From assembly GCA_038230375.1 (NCBI GenBank), contig JBBRNJ010000001.1, positions 96,001 through 160,000 of the forward strand: a stretch of 64,000 nt of DNA. Direction: 5' to 3'. This DNA comes from Polyangiales bacterium. GTDB taxonomy: Bacteria > Myxococcota_A > Polyangia > Polyangiales > Polyangiaceae. Both the position numbers and the translations under genes were made by a program. Of the stretch, positions 60,199-64,000 are shown in pieces (within the stretch, counting starts at the first letter, position 1; every line of letters starts with the position of its first letter). The notes beneath the pieces were generated by a model, which worked only from the letters and a program-made list of their open reading frames with translations, made no database searches and had not been told where the DNA came from.

Positions 60199-61704
60199 CT
60201 ACGGCTTGTGGATGTAGTCGATGGTCAGGCGCCCCTGCTGGAGCTCCACGCCGGTGACCTTGCCGGCCGCGTCCTTCTGCGGCACGACCACGATGCCGGA
60301 CTTCTTGGTGAACAGCGCGCCGTTCTCTCCGAAGTAGAGCGTGAAGGCGCCCTGGCCCTTGGGCTTCATGGTGACCTTGCGTCCATCGTTCGTGATCGCG
60401 GTCGTCAGCACGGACTCGAGCACCGCGGGCGGGAGAAGCTTCGCGAGGGCCTGCTTGCTCTCCTCGACGATCGCGTAGTCGCCAGAGATCGCGTCTGCCA
60501 GACCCGACTCGAACGGCAGCACCTTTCGCTCCGGGGGCGCGGCCTGCGGCTTGCCTTCGAGCGTCATGCGCAGCACGCCGGCCGCGAGCTTGTCGGTCTC
60601 GAAGGCGTCGGAGTTCATGAGCACCACGATCACGAGCCCGAGATCCGGCACGCGCGACAGATGCGACGAGAACCCGTCGATCCCACCGTTGTGCGACTCC
60701 ACGTCGTGACCAAACTTGCTCTGCCGCATGACCCCGAACGCGTAGTCCGATTGCACGGGCGTGGTGCGAAGCTTGTCCGTGTCCGCGTCGAGCAGCGTGT
60801 GAGCCGCGAGCGCGCGATCCCACAGCACCAGATCGTGAGGGGTGGAGCGGAGCGCGCCGGCAGCGAACGGGATGGACATGTCGATGGGCTTCACCTCCAC
60901 GACGGCGTCGCTCTCGTCCAGCGTGCGACCGACCGCCGTGTTGGGCGCGTCGGGCGCGTCTACCGTGCTGGTGCGCGTGAGGCCCGCGGGCGCGAGCACC
61001 TTCTCCTGCAGGTACCGCTCGTAGGTGAGCCCGCTCGCGCGCTCGATGACGAGGCCAAGCAGGAAGTAGTTGGAGTTCGAGTATTCGAACTGCGAGCCCG
61101 GCGCGAACGCGAGCGGCTTTCCCGTGAACGTCGTGAGGACGCGCCCGGGCTGTGCCGGCTTGCTGCGCTCGGACATGAGCGACTCGTCCTGCGTGTAGCT
61201 CGCGATGCCGCTGGTCTGCGCGAGCAGGTGCCGGACGGTGACCGCGTCGAACGCGGGCGGGAGCACGGGCACCCACTTCTTCACGGGGTCCTCGAGCGAG
61301 AGCTTCTTGTCCGAGACGAGCTTCAGCGTGGCCACCGCCGTGAACTGCTTCGTGAGTGAGCCGATGCGGAAGCGCGTGTTCTCGTCCGCGTGCGCGCCGG
61401 TCTTCGGAACGGCGACGCCGAACGCGTGCCCGTACGCAGTCTCGCCGCCGCGGGCAACCAGCACGTAGCCAGACGGCGCGAAACCAGGGCCCCACGATGC
61501 GCCGAAGCCCGCTGCGTACGCGTCGATCATGCGGCCGAGCGCCTCGTTTGTTCCGTAGGGCGGTGGCGGCAAGTGGAGCGCGGGCTTCGGAGGCGTTGCG
61601 ACGCTGGCCGACGACGACGCGTTCGTGGGCGACGATGGCGGCGGCGCCTTGTCACCGCACGCCAGCAGAAGCGCGAGGCACGGAAGCAGGGTTCTGCGCT
61701 TCAT
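60199..61704 (-). CDS. Serine hydrolase (beta-lactamase class C-like) lipoprotein
   Basis: LLAC lipobox; GSLTK (SxxK), QTSGI, YSNSNY, HNGGIDGF; ATGA overlap with the GST gene. Confidence 0.9.
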   Translation of the reverse strand: MKRRTLLPCLALLLACGDKAPPPSSPTNASSSASVATPPKPALHLPPPPYGTNEALGRMIDAYAAGFGASWGPGFAPSGYVLVARGGETAYGHAFGVAVPKTGAHADENTRFRIGSLTKQFTAVATLKLVSDKKLSLEDPVKKWVPVLPPAFDAVTVRHLLAQTSGIASYTQDESLMSERSKPAQPGRVLTTFTGKPLAFAPGSQFEYSNSNYFLLGLVIERASGLTYERYLQEKVLAPAGLTRTSTVDAPDAPNTAVGRTLDESDAVVEVKPIDMSIPFAAGALRSTPHDLVLWDRALAAHTLLDADTDKLRTTPVQSDYAFGVMRQSKFGHDVESHNGGIDGFSSHLSRVPDLGLVIVVLMNSDAFETDKLAAGVLRMTLEGKPQAAPPERKVLPFESGLADAISGDYAIVEESKQALAKLLPPAVLESVLTTAITNDGRKVTMKPKGQGAFTLYFGENGALFTKKSGIVVVPQKDAAGKVTGVELQQGRLTIDYIHKP

Positions 61705-62309
61705 CCGTTCACCCGCTTCCACGTGTCGCGCGAGGTGATGCGCGCGAGCCACGCAGTCACGTTCGAGAAGCGCGAGAGATCGATCTGCAGCATGGCCGCG
61801 GCGGTGAGCGGTGGCGCGAGCGAGATGTCCGCGATGGTGAGCCGCTCGGCCACGAGCCAGGTCTTTCCGGCCAGCGCTGCGTCGAGCGGTCCAAGGCACC
61901 GGTCCACCTCCGCGCGCCCCTCCGTGACCAGCTGCGGCAGGCGCTTCTCCTCCGGCAATCGGATGGTATGCGCGAAGATCCGCGCGATGTTCGGCGACAG
62001 GTGCGCCGCGCCCATGAACATCCACTTTGCGATGTCGCCGCGCTCCTTCGGTGTCTCGGGCCCGAGGCGCTTGTCCTTCGCCAGGTCAGCGACGTACTCG
62101 ATGATCGCGTTCGACTCCCAGAGCTTGTAGTCGCCATCCACCATGGCGGGGACGCGCGCGGTGGGGTTCAGCTCCATGTAGGGTGGCTGCTTGTGCGCGC
62201 CGGCCATCAGGTCCACGTCGCGAAAGGTGTAGGGTACACCCGCTTCCTCGAGGCCGAGGCGCGCGCGCTTGGTGTTCGGAGACATCGGGAAGCCGTGCAG
62301 CTCGATCAT
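61701..62309 (-). CDS. Glutathione S-transferase
   Basis: SPN, NP.ARVP, LWESNAIIEY, LTIADI, V.AW..RI..R. Confidence 0.93.
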   Translation of the reverse strand: MIELHGFPMSPNTKRARLGLEEAGVPYTFRDVDLMAGAHKQPPYMELNPTARVPAMVDGDYKLWESNAIIEYVADLAKDKRLGPETPKERGDIAKWMFMGAAHLSPNIARIFAHTIRLPEEKRLPQLVTEGRAEVDRCLGPLDAALAGKTWLVAERLTIADISLAPPLTAAAMLQIDLSRFSNVTAWLARITSRDTWKRVNG

Positions 62310-62385
62310 GGCTCCCTACTTGAGCGAAAGTGCGGTGAAGGCGCAAGCCCGCGGAACTTTCGGCTGGTGTATATGTCGCGATGCC

Positions 62386-64000
62386 ATGCGTTCATCCATC
62401 CGTCACCGGTCTTTCGGCTCGTCCGTGCTTCCGCTCGCATCACTGCTCGCGCTCTTTGGCGGTGCCTCCATCGGCGCCGCGTGCACGCCGGCAGACGCGC
62501 CACCTCCAGCGGCGCCCACGGCGACCGCGCAGAACGCGAGCATCCTGCCGCTCAAGTCGCTGCGCCTGTACGAGACCGGCATGGGCTACTTCGAGCGGTC
62601 CGGCACGCTGGGTGGAAAGGCGAGCGCCCTGCCCGTCCCCGCGGGACACCTGGATGACGCGCTGAAGTCGCTCGTGGTGCTGAACGGCGGCGCCGCGGGC
62701 CGCGTGACGGGCGTTGCGTTCACCAGCAGCGTGACGCGCGCGACGGCGCGAACGCGCGCGGGGCTGCCGCAGGATCCGGACTCGCCGGTCGCGTTCCAGG
62801 ATCTCTTGACGAGCATGAAGGGCGAGCGCGTCGTCATCGTGCGCAAGGAGCAAGCTGTGGCGCCGGAGCCACCGCCGAAGGACGCAGAGGGCGTGACGGC
62901 CGCGCGGCCTGCCCCGCACGAGGTCGCGCGCGGCCCGATCGAGGGACGCGTCGTGGAGGTGACGATGGAGGAAGATCTCGCGCTCATGCACGCGATCCTC
63001 ACGCACAAGGATGCAAAGCTCGACGCCACGCCGAAGCACCTCGTGGTGTCCGTGCTCACCACGGCTGGAGCGGTGCTGCAGCTCCCGGCCGATGAGATCG
63101 CCACGATCCGCCCCGTGGACCCGGCGTTCGCTGCGCGCCTGGATGCCGCGATGGACGCGCTCTCCACGCGCAACGCGCAGAACTCGCGCGCGCTGGAGCT
63201 CCTTGGTGATGCGCGCGGTGACGTGACGTTCGGCTACATCGCGGAGACTCCGCTCTGGCGAACCAGCTACCGGCTGGTCATGGGTGACAAGGCGGAGCTG
63301 CAAGGTTGGGCGCTGATCCACAACGACACGGACGAGAACTGGCAAGGCGTGCACCTGGAGCTGGTGAACGGCGAGCCTGACTCCTTCTTGTTCCCGCTCG
63401 CGGCGCCTCGCTATGCACGCCGCGCGCTCATCCATCCGGACGAGCCGCTCTCGACGTTGCCCCAGCTGGGAAGCACCACCGCCGACGCGCTCTGGGGTGA
63501 GCACCTGGATGGGCACGGCGCGGGTACGGGCTCAGGACAGGGCTTCGGCTCGGGGCATGGTCGGCTTGGCGGCTCACACACCACGCGCTCTCCAACGCTC
63601 CGTCAGGGCGCGACGTCCGCGGAGTCCACGGGCCAGAGCTCGCTGCTCTCGGTCGGCAACCTTGCGGACCTGGCTCCCGCGACGGGCACCGAGCAAGGCG
63701 CGCTCTTCGTGTACGCGGTACCCACGGCGTTCTCGCTGTCGGCGCGCTCTTCCGCGCTCGTGCCCTTCGTGAAGAAGAACGTGGAGGTCGAGAGCATCGC
63801 GTTCTTCGGCGGCATCGGAGCGAAGGCGCGCGCCACGCTGCGCTTCGTGAACGGCACCGGGCAGACACTGCCGGCGGGGACGATTGCCGTGTTCGGCGCG
63901 GGCGGCTTCACCGGAGAGTCGTCGCTGGATCGCCTGAAGCCCGGCGAGCGCCGCTTCCTGGAGATCGGAAACGATCTGGACGCGGAGGTCACGGAGAAGA
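62386..64000 (+). CDS. DUF4139-like lipoprotein (runs off the window end; absent from the ORF track)
   Basis: MRSSIRHRSF...IGAAC lipobox; LRLYETGMGYFER, LDDALKSL, PLWRTSYRL, LQGWALIHNDTDENW; no stop seen before 64000. Confidence 0.8.
   Translation, partial: MRSSIRHRSFGSSVLPLASLLALFGGASIGAACTPADAPPPAAPTATAQNASILPLKSLRLYETGMGYFERSGTLGGKASALPVPAGHLDDALKSLVVLNGGAAGRVTGVAFTSSVTRATARTRAGLPQDPDSPVAFQDLLTSMKGERVVIVRKEQAVAPEPPPKDAEGVTAARPAPHEVARGPIEGRVVEVTMEEDLALMHAILTHKDAKLDATPKHLVVSVLTTAGAVLQLPADEIATIRPVDPAFAARLDAAMDALSTRNAQNSRALELLGDARGDVTFGYIAETPLWRTSYRLVMGDKAELQGWALIHNDTDENWQGVHLELVNGEPDSFLFPLAAPRYARRALIHPDEPLSTLPQLGSTTADALWGEHLDGHGAGTGSGQGFGSGHGRLGGSHTTRSPTLRQGATSAESTGQSSLLSVGNLADLAPATGTEQGALFVYAVPTAFSLSARSSALVPFVKKNVEVESIAFFGGIGAKARATLRFVNGTGQTLPAGTIAVFGAGGFTGESSLDRLKPGERRFLEIGNDLDAEVTEK

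Overview
A very GC-rich, gene-dense bacterial chromosome segment with hallmarks of a myxobacterium (Polyangiaceae/Labilithrix-like; inferred from gene content): two membrane Ser/Thr kinase-PEGA/TPR-lipoprotein cassettes, a MYXO-CTERM protein, a TonB-C/TonB-dependent receptor fusion, a DUF4388-like protein and many Cys-rich lipoproteins. About 57 CDS are supportable. I saw no rRNA, tRNA, CRISPR array, transposase or integrase. Points of most interest: (1) a cNMP-binding/ThrRS-N/uridine-kinase-family fusion heading a putative ackA-xfp (phosphoketolase) operon; (2) a four-gene exported c-type cytochrome/DUF1501 module; (3) three apparent pseudo-enzymes (RseP-like, SixA-like, CheX-like) that have lost catalytic motifs; (4) intergenic GACNNC hexamer arrays all on the same strand; (5) a structured 400-bp intergenic region at 5430-5830; (6) a short ORF coupled at both ends with an in-frame TGA in a UxxC context. 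All family assignments are from motif recognition by eye, not database searches. Many start codons are re-picked relative to the ORF track and are approximate.
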